From a virus (Duplodnaviria > Heunggongvirae > Uroviricota > Caudoviricetes): 64,000 bases of DNA. The notes under the pieces are model-generated. The model searched no databases and was not told where the DNA came from. It saw only the letters and a list, made by a program, of their open reading frames with translations. A program made the translations under genes and the position numbers. The stretch's first letter is position 1. The number at the start of each line of letters is the position of its first letter. The stretch is taken from positions 1 through 64,000 of IMG/VR virus record IMGVR_UViG_3300031992_004563; one strand, 5' to 3'. Below are positions 25,373 through 38,523 of the stretch, piece by piece.

Positions 25373-27472
25373 TTAAAATCTCCTTCCACTTAATATATTT
25401 CCAAATCCTTGGTGGAATCCACCATTATTAAATTGATATGGATCAATATTTCCTGACATTATTGCGCCATATCCATTTTGTTTATATGTTAATTTCCCAA
25501 ATCCAGCTGATGCAGCTGAATAGAATGCACTAAATTCTTCATCTGATATTTGTGCTTCACGCTCAATAAAAATATTAAGCATTTCACCAATTTTACAAAT
25601 TTTCTATGTTGGATTTTGTTTTTCAAGCCACATATTTAAATAAACTATAAATTGCTTAGATTCTTGTGCAATAGAAACAAATAAACATGTTACTGCAATA
25701 TCATCATGACAACATGACCCTTCATATTTACCTTTATTGTTTTTGCCAAATTGATTTAATTGATTTATAGAACTAAGATTAACATCATTATCATATTGTC
25801 TAATTAATATTTGGCGTTTATGAATCATTGATGCACCAAGTTCACAATAATAATTTTTACCATGTTGTCCTCCAACAGTTCTAAATCCATATTGTTCTTT
25901 CATTTTAGTAATTGGCTAACCAGGTTTTTGAACACCACGAACAGTTTTAAGAATTAATGCATCATAATATGATGGGTGTTGTTTAAATTTAGTTAACCAG
26001 TTATTTCCATTAAAGTTCATTTCAATAAGAATACGAACATTATCTATTTCACCATACCCACATTTTAATATTTGGAATGCAATAAATTTTGCAGCTTCTG
26101 CACATGCGCCTTCATCTTTAAAATTGTCTGCATATATACCAACCTATTTATATTGAATACAATCTTTTATTGTAATAGGTCCACCATTTCTATTAATATT
26201 GATTTTATTAGGGCTCATGCCTTCTATTTCAAATATATTAATAATATTATAGTCTGAATCTTCTTTTTCAACAGATGCAGCATCTATGCCCTATGCAGTA
26301 TCTATTACAAATAAGAATGATTTTCTATATAATGTTTCATAATCCATTAATGCAGGATTAAAATCTGGAGCCCATGAAATTTTTTCACAAATTTCAGGTG
26401 GTACATTATTAAAATCTCTATGAACAAATGTTTGTTTAATTCTATTCATAAAGAGAACAGATTTACTTGAAACTAAACGTGTACTATCAGATTCAAATGA
26501 AAGATCAAATTCTCGAGCAAATAATTCTTTACCAAGTTTCTTTCTATATTTTTCTGCCCACTTTTCATCATGTCCAGGAACTTGCCACCAGTCAACTCTT
26601 CTAAAATACATTGTATTTTCATGTTTAATTGCACCATCAACCAATTCATAGAATTTTCCAGATTTTCCACGTGGTGTAGATGAAACAATTAATTGAGCAT
26701 TTGGGAAGTTTGACATTGTAGGAATAACTGATGCCCAATATTCATTAATAACTCCTTCAGGAATTAATGCAGCCTCATCAATATACAACAATTGGATAGA
26801 ATCACCAGTTGCAGGTGTTTTAGAAGCAGCTGCACATTTAATACATGAACCATTTTCAAATTTAATTCTGCTCTCTGACATATTAAGAATGCCAGGTTTT
26901 AAGAAATATGGAAGACCTTCTAAAACCTCTTTAACTTTACCAACAATTTCGGACGCAGTTCTACCTTTATTGGCACATATGAATATGTTTCTATCATTAT
27001 GGAATATTGCATACCATGCAATATAAGATGCAACAGTTGTAGTTTTTGAAGTCTGACGGCTTTGCATTAATATAATATCAGGATTAACAGGAACAACTAC
27101 TTCTTCATCTGGATCCCATCTTTCAGCAGACATTATTTCAAGATTTTCTCTTTGAAAATCATATAATTTTACAGTTGTTCTACCCTTCTTATTTAAAAAC
27201 TTTGCATAATTTTCAACAAACCATGGGCAATCATTTGAGCAACGCTCAATTATTTCCATTTCTTCTGTTGTATAATCAAATATAACACCAGCATCACGCC
27301 AATCTGAACTGCCATGAAAAAATGGGGTTGTATCTGGTTTTCCACCATCTCTTAAGTCCTTTAGAATAATATCAATTTTTTCTGTACTGTATATATTTGA
27401 TTTCTTCTAAAGTTCTGCTTGTTTATCTATAACATTACTATGTATGTCAAATTGTTGCCTAACTCTTGGCAT
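25373..27472 (-). CDS. Terminase large subunit (T4 gp17-like), TAG-recoded
   Basis: LYDFQ, SRQTSKTT, LYIDEAA, VSSTPRG, FAREF, IDTA, IEMN, HDD nuclease motifs in one 699-aa frame. Confidence 0.92.
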
Positions 27473-27661
27473 AAAAATACATCTTATGTTTTATTATTTA
27501 TTATTGTGTAATATTTCTGCAGCGAAAAAACTTTTCGTCGCACAGTCATAAAATAATTACTATGTAATTAACGGAAAGATAAATCCTAATTCTAGATTAG
27601 TTAATTATTCACGAATTCTCTTCGATTTCATTCAAATAAATAATAAAATACTATACTTTGA

Positions 27662-30259
27662 ATGAAAACTAATAATTTTTCAAATTTTTCTTGGGAACCT
27701 TGTGAAATCATTCACAACACTGCATATACATATACAAATAAATGTATAATAGGTATTCCTGTATATAAGAGCAAGCTTAAAGAAACTGAGAAAGCCTCTT
27801 TAAATTAGTTATGTAAAATTATTGGCCATTCATATGAAATTTGTTTGATATGCCCAAAAAATATAGAATTAAATGAATATGTAAATATTGCATATAGTAA
27901 TGATATTTACTTATCATTTTTATTCTGTTCAAATAATTATTTTAAATCTACTGAGACATACAGTTATATGTTAGAAACACCAGATTTTTATAAATGTTTC
28001 AGTGCATATAACTATTTAATGATATATCAATTGGATGGCTGGATATTTACAAATTTCTTAGATTATTATATAAATTTAAATGTTGATTATATTGGTAGCC
28101 CATGGAAAGCATATATTTTAAATTTAGATGAAGACACAGTTGGTAATGGTGGTGTTAGTTTACGAAAAGTTTAGAAATTTATAAATGTATGTTAGAGCTT
28201 AACACCTAAAGATTATGAGTGTTAGCATGTTGAAAATGAGGATTTATTTTTCTGTAAAACGTTACGAAATAAAATTCATTTAAAAATTGCAGATATTAAA
28301 AATGCATCGAATTTTTCATTATAGTCAGAATGGAATTATTTTATAAGAAAATATAATAATGGGCATTTCTCAATGTGTATACACGCATGGGACAAATATT
28401 ATAATGTATTAAATAAGTATATTAAAATAGAATATAATGAAAATAAACATATAAGTGATAATGAAATTACATACAAAGATTTGAATAATTTTAAAAACTT
28501 ATTAAAATTAAATATAGTAATTAAAAAAGAACAAAAAGAAAACAAAGAAATTAAACAAACTGAATAGAAAAAAGATAATACACAAACTAAAACAATGACA
28601 ACTGGGAAATATAATTGGAATGCATATATTGAAAAATACTATTGCATAAAAGATACTTAGTAGAAACATATATAGAAAAATAATAAAGTAATACAAACAA
28701 AAAAAGATTCTATAATTGTGTCTTTTACAACATGGAAAAAGCGTGATAAATATGCGGTTAAAATGTTAGAAAAATTTCAAAATCAAACAGTTAAACCTGA
28801 TAAAATAATATTATGGCTATCAAAAGATGAATATAATAATAAAATTCCTAAGCATTTGCAATTATGTTTAGATTCTGGATTATTAACTGACATAAAATTT
28901 GTTGATGGAAATACGAAATGTTATAAGCGCTGGGAGGTTTTTAAAGAATATGATAATGCATATATTATTTTACTTGATGACGATTTTTATTATCCTGAAG
29001 ATTATATTGAAAAACTTTATAATGCAGCAAAATAGTATAAATGCCCATGTTGTTATTTTGAAAAAACAATGGATTATATTAATACTAAACGTGTTGAAAT
29101 AACATATAATTCAAATAGTATTAAAAACTATCTATACCCAGGTTTTTGTTGTATACCTCCAGGTATTATTAAAAAGGATAATGAATTATTTTCAAACAAA
29201 TATATATAGTTAAGAGACAAGTATAATCCAATAAGTGATGATTTATGGTTTAGCTTATGGTTTAAGAAAAACAAAATTAAAATACATGGTATACACCATT
29301 GGTTAAGTAGTGAAGTTTCAAAATATTAGATAGATTAGACATAGGATGATGGATTATGGGCACAAACAAATTCTAAAGAAATAAATGGTGTTGCAACTGT
29401 TGTTAGAAATTTTGCTACATTAGTTGATGCATTAGGCGAAAAAGATTTAATACATAAATTATATCCAAATTTTAATATTGAAAAATGTTCAAATAAATTA
29501 GAAATAGATAAATGTGATAAAGATACAGTTAGCATAATTATGACTGCATATAATGTAAAAAAATATATTAAAGATGCAATAGATTCTATATACAATTAGA
29601 CTTATTTTAAAATTAACAATAATTGGGAATTATTAATTGGTGTTGATGGTTGCAATGATACATTAAATTATCTTAAATCTATAATGAAAAATTATGATAA
29701 TCATTTACGAATTTTTATGATGGATTCTAATAAAGGCACATATATTACATCTAACACTTTATTAACAATTTCAAAATATAATTGGGTAATGAGATTTGAT
29801 TCAGATGATATACTTAAAAGCGATGCAATTGAAAAATTAATTATAAGATCAAAAGGATATGATTGTTGTATATATAAATATGACATATTTAATGATAATG
29901 ATGGTATAGCAAAAAATAAAATTAGTTCATCATTCGCAAATGGAACAATTTTTGTAAAATCAGATGTTATTAAATATTTGGGTGGGTATGAGCCATGGCC
30001 AGTTGCAGCGGATGCTGAACTTATTATATGCAGAATAAAAAAATTTTTTAAAGTTAATGAAATAAATGAGCCATTATTTAATTATAGAGTTCATAATCTA
30101 TCATTGAGTCATAATAAATTTACTAATGCAAATACTGAAATTCGTAAAAAATATAATAATATTTGGCAAAATAAAAATTTAACAAATATTAATGAGACAA
30201 TTATAAAATGTGAAACCAATACATATTATGAAATTAATAGGAATGACGTTAACATATAA
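27662..30259 (+). CDS. Tri-domain glycosyltransferase-like protein (DUF5672-like + GT-A-like + GT2), about 865 aa, TAG-recoded
   Basis: Four fragments in one frame; YQLDGW..DYIGSPW..VGNGGVSLRK, LDDDFYY, SIIMTAYN..RFDSDD..ADAE. Confidence 0.8.
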
Positions 30260-31049
30260 TGAATCTAAAATGATTCCATATGTCATGCCATATTATGAAA
30301 GACTTGGCTTTGATAAATTATATGTATATGATAATGAAAGTACTGATAATACGGTTGAATTATTAAAACAATATCCATTTATAGAAATTAGAACATTTAA
30401 AACAAAAGGAAAAAATAATAGAATCCAATCAGAGTTGAAAACACAATTTATAAAAAAATATCAAAATCAAAAAGATACATGGCTTTATATATCTGATTTT
30501 GATGAAGTAATTTATTATGACGGTAATTTTAGAAAATATCTTCAAGAAAAAAATTCTCAAGGATACACATATTTGAATCAAATAATGATTGAACCAATAA
30601 CTGATAAATTCCCAAATAATTTAGTTCATAAAAATTGTGAAATTGGGCATATTTGGAAAGACATTAGTGGAGGCGCAAAAATGACATTATTCAAACCATA
30701 TGAAATTAAAAATGTTTCATATGGACCAGGCGCACATAAAGTTAATGTTTCATCTAAAAGTATTCTTAAAAGTTTAAACCATTAGGAAATAAAATCATTT
30801 CATCTTAAATATATTGATTATGATTATTGCTTAGAACAAACAAAATTTGCACAATTAAGAAGATCATAGGAAGATATAAAAAGAAATTTTGGCTCCCAAT
30901 ATAATATAGATAATTTTAAAAATGAATGGGATAAAAGAAAATAGGATTCAATTTCAATAAATGATTATATGAATAATAATTATGAAATTGATGAAAAATA
31001 TGAAAGAGATAAAATAATTACTAAATCTATTTGGAATAGTTTATTTTAA
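30228..31049 (+). CDS. Glycosyltransferase family 2-like protein, TAG-recoded
   Basis: TYNE..YVYDNESTDNT..SDFDE..GAH. Confidence 0.8.
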
Positions 31050-31077
31050 AATAAATGAGAGGCAATTGCCTCTCATT

Positions 31078-32190
31078 TTACATATTATAAATGTCCTAAA
31101 TTATATATTCATTTAAAAATGCATCTAATGTGTCATTTAAAACATGATTTGATCTATTAATGTTTGGCAGTGAAAAATAATCTCTACTAATTTTGTCTCT
31201 ATTATTTACATATACTTTTCCTTTTTCAACTTCAATATTTTTATACATGCGTATTATGTATAAATTTGGATGAGAAATAGTAATATATGCTTTTTTTCCA
31301 TTTGTAAGTTCTATTTCTGCAACCATTATTATATCATATGCGTCATCTTTACGATATTGTTTTATTGAATAATTTTTAACTAAATTATTATGATCTAATA
31401 ATTCTGCAAAATGTTTTGCCTTTGTTGGTATAGAACAGGAGTGTTTAAGTGCATCATTTGTATCATCCATTAATTCCTATATATATTCAGGTGTATTATA
31501 TGCTAACGCATATTTATATGCAGCATCATATGTATTGTCTAATGGATTATTTTTATTTACAGTATCACTTTTTAAAAATGTGTACATTTTTGAATGAAGT
31601 GCACTAATTGCAGGTCGCCAATCAATTTTTATTGCAATAACTAATTTTTCTAATAATTCATCTAATGTTTTAATCTTTTTAAATATTATTCTTGGGTTTT
31701 TGCCAAAGTTATATGCTTCTAACATCTATAACCAAGATTTTTCTGTTGGCTCTGGGATTTGTATAGCATTAACCGCATTTTCTTTTGCTTCAACTCTTGC
31801 ATGTTCTCTATTCCAACGATATTCATCTTTTTCAATAAAGTATTGAATAATCATTGAAGCGTTATAATGAGGAATAATAATTTTAACTGCATCTCCAAGA
31901 ATAGATAATTTATTAGTTAAATAATCTATTTGGTCTTGTTTGAATGGTGGATCTGGTTTCCAAGCATAATGAACTGCATATGATATTTTATAAAGATTAT
32001 TAATATCTGGAATTTCTCTATATCTAGAAACAGAAAAATTAAATCTTTCTATATCTTCTTTTGGAAGAGATTGTTTAAATTTATAATCACTTATAATTCC
32101 ATCGAGATACCAATCATTATGTTTATAACTATCCCCATAATGGACAATCGCCCATGATTCATCATATTTAAAGTTTTCAAATAAAAACAT
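31078..32190 (-). CDS. Hypothetical protein (MFLFENF), paralog of neighbour, TAG-recoded
   Basis: Three fragments in one frame; N-terminus similar to 32192-33277. Confidence 0.65.
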
Positions 32191-32191
32191 A

Positions 32192-33277
32192 TTATTTAAT
32201 TTTAATTGTTACTTCATGTAATTTTTTATAATCTTGATAATATATTGCATTTACAACAGAATCCATTATAGATGGAAGCGCTTTAAATTTATATGAATGT
32301 GATTTTTCATCATTCATAAAATGAGTATCTTTTAAATGCAAAGTAATAAAGAAGAAATCTTTACCAAGTTTTTCATCTTCATCAATAAATATTCTTCCAA
32401 GATTGTCATTAGTTGTTTGAATATTAAATGCATTATCATATAATCCAGTAAATTGATATTTTTTAACTAACGCATTTTGATCAAGTTTTTTAGCAATTTC
32501 ATAATATTTAGATGGGATTTTAGTATCTCCAATATGTTTATCAACACTCTAAATATCATTTATAATTTCCTATATATCTGGATCAATTTCATATTTTTCT
32601 TTTGCATAGGCTTCTAAAACTTTTATAAATCTTGGAAATTTATCACTAAATCTTGCATAATTGCTTTTTGTTAATAAAAATGACATGATATCTGTTAAAA
32701 CTATTTCGGCCTCTTCCCAACCAAGTTTTATTGCAATTATAAATTTAGCAGCTGCAGATTTTAAATTTGATTCTTTTGCAAAAATTCTTTTTGGCTATTT
32801 CTTTTCAAATCTTGCATTTATCATATATAGCCATTGTTCAAATGATGGTTTACATTCTAAAACTTCATTGGATTTAAATGCGTCTTCATATTTTGCATGT
32901 TCTTCATTCCAACGATTTTCATCCATTTTAATATCATATCTAATAATAATATCGCTCTAATTATCACCATCTTTTTCTTCTGGCCAACAACCTGGTGCAA
33001 CAGTTATTGCATCACCATAACTTTTTAATTTTTCATATGCATATACAAATGCATCATATGGAAATCTATTATCAAATATATCAGCATTATTTGTATATGA
33101 TATGTGATATCTATCATTATCATGATCTTTACTATAACACATATCAACACCAAAATGTCCATTTTCAGTGTATCCATCATTTAGCAATTTTTCTATATAT
33201 TCAGAAGAATTATAGAAATTGTCATAATATAATGACGCCCATCTATCATCATATGTAAAACTTTCAAATAATAACAT
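32192..33277 (-). CDS. Hypothetical protein (MLLFESF), paralog of neighbour, TAG-recoded
   Basis: Shares Y.ISY, GDA and RWN.EHA motifs with 31078-32190. Confidence 0.65.
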
Positions 33278-33297
33278 TAAATCCTAATTTAAATTTA

Positions 33298-33507
33298 TTA
33301 ATATTGCCCAAACATATTATCCCAACATTCTGGGCAAGTTCTTGTTAATAATAATTCACGTTTTGAAGGTGAAAGATATGGAAATGCTTCTTGAACTAAT
33401 TTATCACCATTTTGCCATGCTTCTAAATCATTTAAATATAATCTTACTGGATGTTCTTTACCACAACATCTACATTTGATTTTAAGTGTAATTTTTTCGT
33501 TATCCAT
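33298..33507 (-). CDS. Small zinc-ribbon protein
   Basis: CRCC..QEAFPYLS..RELL..CPECW. Confidence 0.6.
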   Translation of the reverse strand: MDNEKITLKIKCRCCGKEHPVRLYLNDLEAWQNGDKLVQEAFPYLSPSKRELLLTRTCPECWDNMFGQY

Positions 33508-33598
33508 ATCTATATTAATATTAAATTTTATTCAATATATTTATTAAAAACTTTAATTATGACGATAAATACAATAATAAAAATAATTGTTTACTATA

Positions 33599-34168
33599 AT
33601 GGATGTAATTAAAACTAATATTGATGGTGTAGTTATTATTGAACCAAAAATTTTTAAAGACAACAGAGGATATTTCTTTGAATCATTTAATGAAAAAGAA
33701 TTTAAAGAGAAAGTTGCAGATATTAATTTTGTACAAGATAATGAAAGCAAATCAAGTTATGGTGTTTTAAGAGGCATTCATTTTCAAGCGCCACCATTTG
33801 CACAATCTAAATTAGTTCGTGTAGTTAAAGGTAAGGTTCTTGATGTTGCAGTAGATCTTAGAAAAGATTCACCAACATTTGGTCAATGGACAAGTGTTAT
33901 ATTATCAGCACGAAATCACAAACAATTTTTCTTACCTCAAGGAATGGGGCATGCATTTGTTGTTCTAACAAAGACAGCTGTATTCCAATACAAATGCGAT
34001 AATTTCTATAATAAAGAATCTGAGGGTGCAATTATATGGAATGATAAAACTTTAAATATTGATTGGGGAGTTCAAGAAAAAGATATTGTATTATCAGAAA
34101 AAGATAAGCATCATCCAACATTAGAAGAATTTAATAAAACAAATCCATTTAGTGGAGACCAATTGTAA
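33599..34168 (+). CDS. rmlC: dTDP-4-dehydrorhamnose 3,5-epimerase
   Basis: DNRGYFFE, VQDNES.S..GVLRGIHFQ, DVAVDLR, GHAF, YKCD. Confidence 0.95.
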   Translation: MDVIKTNIDGVVIIEPKIFKDNRGYFFESFNEKEFKEKVADINFVQDNESKSSYGVLRGIHFQAPPFAQSKLVRVVKGKVLDVAVDLRKDSPTFGQWTSVILSARNHKQFFLPQGMGHAFVVLTKTAVFQYKCDNFYNKESEGAIIWNDKTLNIDWGVQEKDIVLSEKDKHHPTLEEFNKTNPFSGDQL

Positions 34169-35668
34169 TTTTTTAATATAAATTTATTAACTTTATATAA
34201 ATTTATTAATCAAAGCTTGCAATTTTTATATATGACTTTGATGTAAAAAATCTAGAAAACTATAAATTAAATTTATCTATAGAAAGTCTATACAACACTT
34301 TAGACTTTTTGAATATATAATATAATTCTTTTAAAGATAGTGACTTATCTTCTATTTGAAATTCTTCCAATGACTTCTTATAGAAGTGTCTAAAATCACT
34401 AATCCTTGGCTGAATTATATTTTTTATTTGTTCTTTAGTTCTTGCTATATATTGATTATAATATTCGTATCCTCTTCTTCCTAATTCTATAGAAGCTAAT
34501 ATCATATCTGGAAGATTTAAACTTCTATATAAAAAGTTTCCTATAAAAGAACTATATTCTGGTTTAACTTTTAATAGTTTAATATTAAATATATTACATC
34601 TCTTAGTTAAATTATTGACAAACTAGTTTCTATTCCAAGAATTGTTAACTAGTTTATTAAATTTAGCTCCTAATTCTTTATCTGAAGACTTTATATTTAA
34701 ATCTTCAATACTAACTATCTAACATTTATAATAAATTGATTTATTAATTATGTTTTTAACTATCTAGATAGTTTCATAGTTTCTCTTATTAGATATATAA
34801 ATTCTTTCTTTAGAACTAGAATTTAATCCTTTTCCTTTAAGTTTAAAGTCTTTATCATTTAGTTCTTTAATAGAATAAATTCCAGATTTAATAACTTTAA
34901 ATTCTGATTCTGATTTCCAATCAACTATAGACCAACCTATATAATTTGGATTCATATCTATTCCTAAAACTCTATTATTAATCTACTAATATTTTATATT
35001 ATCTAATTTATTTTCTTCATAACTAATATAAACATAATTCTAATCTAATTTATAAGATATTGGAAGATCTTTATTTTGTTGTCTAATATATAATTTCTTT
35101 AATATCTATTTATAATTCTATATATGAAGTTTTAGTTCTATATGAGTTTTTCTATCTGGTTTAAATATAACTGTTTCTAAATCTTCTTTAAGTTCAAACT
35201 TCTAATTTCCTTTATATGGTTTTGCTGTTCCTATAGAATATAAAGGATTTAATTTTTTATTTTCTAGAAACTAATCTCTAGATATTAAGCCTTTGCACCT
35301 TTTAATAAAATTTCCTTTTCCTCCAAATATAATTTTAGTTTTTTCAATATTAAATTTAATTAACTAATAAGCTTCTCCAATTGCAGATCTGCAAAACCAG
35401 TCATTCATCAAATCTATATTGTTTAATTGTTTAAACTTCTATTTAAGAATTGAATCAGTTTTTAAATAACTATATTCTGGTTGAAGTTCTTGTTCTTTAG
35501 ACAACTATTGATAGAAAACATGAAGCATAGAAGAATATTGTCTCTAATATTTTTGAATTAGAGATTGATATTCTTGTTCAACATCATATTTTAATTTAAT
35601 AGTTATCATTTAATTAAATTATATTATAATAAAATTTAATTTATATATTATTTATCTAAGTCTTCTAC
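34161..35668 (-). mobile_element. tnpB: TnpB-like element copy A (CDS 34206-35609, 467 aa, TAG-recoded; no TnpA)
   Basis: RuvC-like LGIDMNPNYIG, SIEDL, KPEYSSFIG, PDMILAS; near-identical termini shared with copy B. Confidence 0.8.
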
Positions 35669-35757
35669 AAAATATTAAAAATAATATGTTGTTTTAATTT
35701 AAATTCTGGGAAAATAAAACATTATTTTAAAACATAAGAGAATCAAAATTGATTCTC

Positions 35758-36588
35758 TTATTTATTATATACTGCCCTTATTGAATATCCTGTATATCTA
35801 TATCTATTTTCTATTTCTGCAGGTTCGCCTGGATTCCTAATAGATTCTGCATTTGACATAATTAAAATGGATGCTAAATCAGATCTTACACTATGTGTTT
35901 GTGTTGATGACCATATTCCACATATTTTCTAAATGTTGCATATATTTTCACTACCATAATATCCAGATGCAGGAATAAAAATATATTTTGTTATGTCTTT
36001 AGTATTTATAAATAAGCATCCATCTAAATTTTTTATGCCATTATAATCTGTTACCCATTTTTGTAATGTATATTGTACCAATTCTTCAAGCTAATTATGC
36101 GTTGGCATATGAATGTGTCTATTTTCACCATTTTTTATATATGCAACATCATCTTCATTTTGTAATTGTTTTAAATTATCTAATTTATCAATTGCAAATC
36201 GTTCATTTGAAACATATTTATCAAATAATGCATGCCCGCCTGGTGAAAATTTATATGTTTCCCAAGTATGTTTACATTTTTTAGACTATATTTCTCCCCA
36301 TGAATAATAATCTCCAAAATACGCAAATATGCCCATTTTATCAACCATATAATCTAAATTTTTAGAATCAACTCCTAAATTATATTTAGCCCATAAAGTT
36401 CCTGATGGAAGGCCTAAATCAACCCATTCACTCCAAAAATCTATTTGCTATTGAATAACGTCTTCTGTATCTATGACATCACTAGTTTGAGATACAGAAC
36501 TATTTGGATCTATATCTTGATAATCATCTAGTGCCAACTAGATACCTCTATTGACTGCTTCTAATATTTTATTATTAGTTATTCTCAT
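35758..36588 (-). CDS. Tagged paralog family member (tag + CLec-like domain); TAG=Gln
   Basis: MRITNNKILEAVNRGIQLALDDYQD..VDLGLPSGTLWAKYNLG..YSWGE..GYSIRAV. Confidence 0.8.
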
Positions 36589-37420
36589 TAAATACTGGTC
36601 TTATTTGTAATCCATGATGTTTATACATGCCATACATATATCTAAGTCTTGTACGCCATGATGCTCCTGTGCAAAATGAAAGAGTTTGAGCACATGTATT
36701 AAATGAATCTGCCATTGCTGACCTATGATCACATACAGTTGATGTCCATAAACTTGTTGAAGGTGTATCATCATATATAATACGTCTACCTTCATAATGA
36801 CCGGTATGTGGAATGTAAATATATCTTCCATTTATTTTGCTAACCAATAACCAGCCTTCATTATAATCACCATATGTTTCAAATTGTGGTATTCCATTTG
36901 CATAGTCAAAAGGCTTTGTCTTATTTATACAATATAAATCTGTATTATCAATTAATTCTTGGGCTTGGTCTAATGTTGGCATATGATATCGTGAGTCTTT
37001 ATATGTTTGTGTAACAACATCATCTTCTGGAAGCAACTAATTTATTCCATCTTCTCTATTATATTTAGTTGAACCTGCTTCTATTACATCATTACCAAAC
37101 TTATATCTTTTAATTGTAAATTCTTTTTTAGGCTTAAGCTCGCCCCATGCATAATATCCACCAATAAGAGATTTATTTGGATTTCGGCTTTTTAAACTTA
37201 CACCTAAATTATATTTACACCACCATGTTTTTGATGGCAATCCTAAATCTACATAATGATACAATTCTACATAGCGTCTTAGAACATCATCTTCATCAAT
37301 ATATTCTTTACTTGCAGATATGGATGGTAAACTATTTTCAAAATCATCTATATAATCATCTAAGGCAAGTTTAACACCTTTATTAACTGCTTCTATTATT
37401 TGTTTATTAAAATCTTTCAT
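36575..37420 (-). CDS. Tagged paralog family member (tag + CLec-like domain); TAG=Gln
   Basis: MKDFNKQIIEAVNKGVKLALDD..VDLGLPSKTWWC..YAWGE..LWTST..GLQIRPV. Confidence 0.8.
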
Positions 37421-37439
37421 ATATAGTATTTATTTTTTA

Positions 37440-37479
37440 AACTTCTATTTTTTCATGTATATAAAATATATTATTTTTG
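37440..37479 (+). promoter_or_regulatory. Repeated early-type promoter (copy 1 of 7): AACTTCTATTTTTT...TAnnTTTG
   Basis: Same 40-nt architecture at 37440, 45115, 45582, 48705, 52964, 59560 and 59770; 3' part matches the Bacteroidota -7 element. Confidence 0.75.
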
Positions 37480-37506
37480 TAACGTTAAATTTAAAAATGA
37501 AATAAT

Positions 37507-38085
37507 ATGATGGAAATTAATCAAAATCAAACGAATCAGAATTTTGGTTCAAAAGTAGTTTGGCTTATTATTGGCCTTTTTGTAGTTGTACTTGGCATTG
37601 CATCATTGTCAATGTACTTTAGTTATAATAATGAAGAGGTTGCTCTTCGTAAACAAGCTGAAGCACAACGTGGTAAAGTTGAAGGTGTATTTGATACTAT
37701 GTGGAAAACCATTTCTCAACAAGCTCAAGTATCTAATGAATATAAGGATGCATTTAAGGAGATTTATCCTGATTTGATTGCCGGCCGTTATTCTCAAGGT
37801 GATGGCAGTCTTATGAAATGGATTCAAGAAGCTAATCCAGAGTTTGATACATCTTTGTATAAACAATTGATGCAAACTATTGAAGTACAACGTATTCAAT
37901 TTCAGAAGTCACAGGAACGAATGTTGGATCTGATTCGTGAACATGAAACCCTTTGTGAAACATATCCAAGTAAATGGTTCATTTCTAATAAGACACCTAT
38001 TGAATACACTGTTATTTCGTCAACCAAGTCAAAAATGACTATGGAGACTGGTATTGATGATGATGTCGAACTTTTTAAAAAGTAA
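37507..38085 (+). CDS. Membrane-anchored coiled-coil protein (LemA-like)
   Basis: N-terminal TM helix, then YN..V, WIQEANP, YPS.WF. Confidence 0.6.
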   Translation: MMEINQNQTNQNFGSKVVWLIIGLFVVVLGIASLSMYFSYNNEEVALRKQAEAQRGKVEGVFDTMWKTISQQAQVSNEYKDAFKEIYPDLIAGRYSQGDGSLMKWIQEANPEFDTSLYKQLMQTIEVQRIQFQKSQERMLDLIREHETLCETYPSKWFISNKTPIEYTVISSTKSKMTMETGIDDDVELFKK

Positions 38086-38090
38086 TTATT

Positions 38091-38300
38091 ATGAAAGTAT
38101 ATTTTCCAGATAAACAATATGGCAAATATGTCGTAGCTGAGTTTAGACTTGGTGTACTATGGAAACGTATGGATGAAATTAGTTTACTAAAGTTTTTAAA
38201 GAAATGCTATTTTTCAAAAAAGAAATGCCAACAGTTTTGTGATTGGGAAAATACACCAGATATTGATTTTGGTGGAGTTCTTCAAATCAAAGATCATTAA
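38091..38300 (+). CDS. Hypothetical protein
   Basis: Short ORF in co-directional operon. Confidence 0.5.
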   Translation: MKVYFPDKQYGKYVVAEFRLGVLWKRMDEISLLKFLKKCYFSKKKCQQFCDWENTPDIDFGGVLQIKDH

Positions 38301-38337
38301 ATTATGACAATATCATTTAATATTTAATACTGAAATT

Positions 38338-38523
38338 ATGACAGTTAAAGAGTTAATTGAACAACTTCAAAATCTTCCAGAAGATTACAAAGTTGAACTT
38401 CGTATAAAATATCAAGAGGTTGGTGATGTTGGGGATGGATGGAGAACTTTGTGGACTGATGATATTGAAACACCTGTTGTTCTTGAAGATAAGAAAACAG
38501 TATCTATAAAAGCCTGGGAATAA
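38338..38523 (+). CDS. Hypothetical phage protein (MTVKELIEQLQNLP)
   Basis: Common small-phage-protein N-terminus; stop overlaps next start. Confidence 0.6.
   Translation: MTVKELIEQLQNLPEDYKVELRIKYQEVGDVGDGWRTLWTDDIETPVVLEDKKTVSIKAWE

Noticed and set aside
34206-35609. Cas12-type CRISPR effector
   Set aside because: Size and motifs fit TnpB-like proteins, and there is no adjacent CRISPR array or cas gene
1-37420. Massive pseudogenisation suggested by the fragmented ORF track
   Set aside because: Breaks are almost exclusively TAG and fragments stay in frame in essential genes, so this is recoding rather than decay
1-37420. Diversity-generating retroelement acting on the CLec-like paralogs
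   Set aside because: No reverse transcriptase and no TR/VR pair differing only at adenines was seen in this window; paralogs diverge throughout
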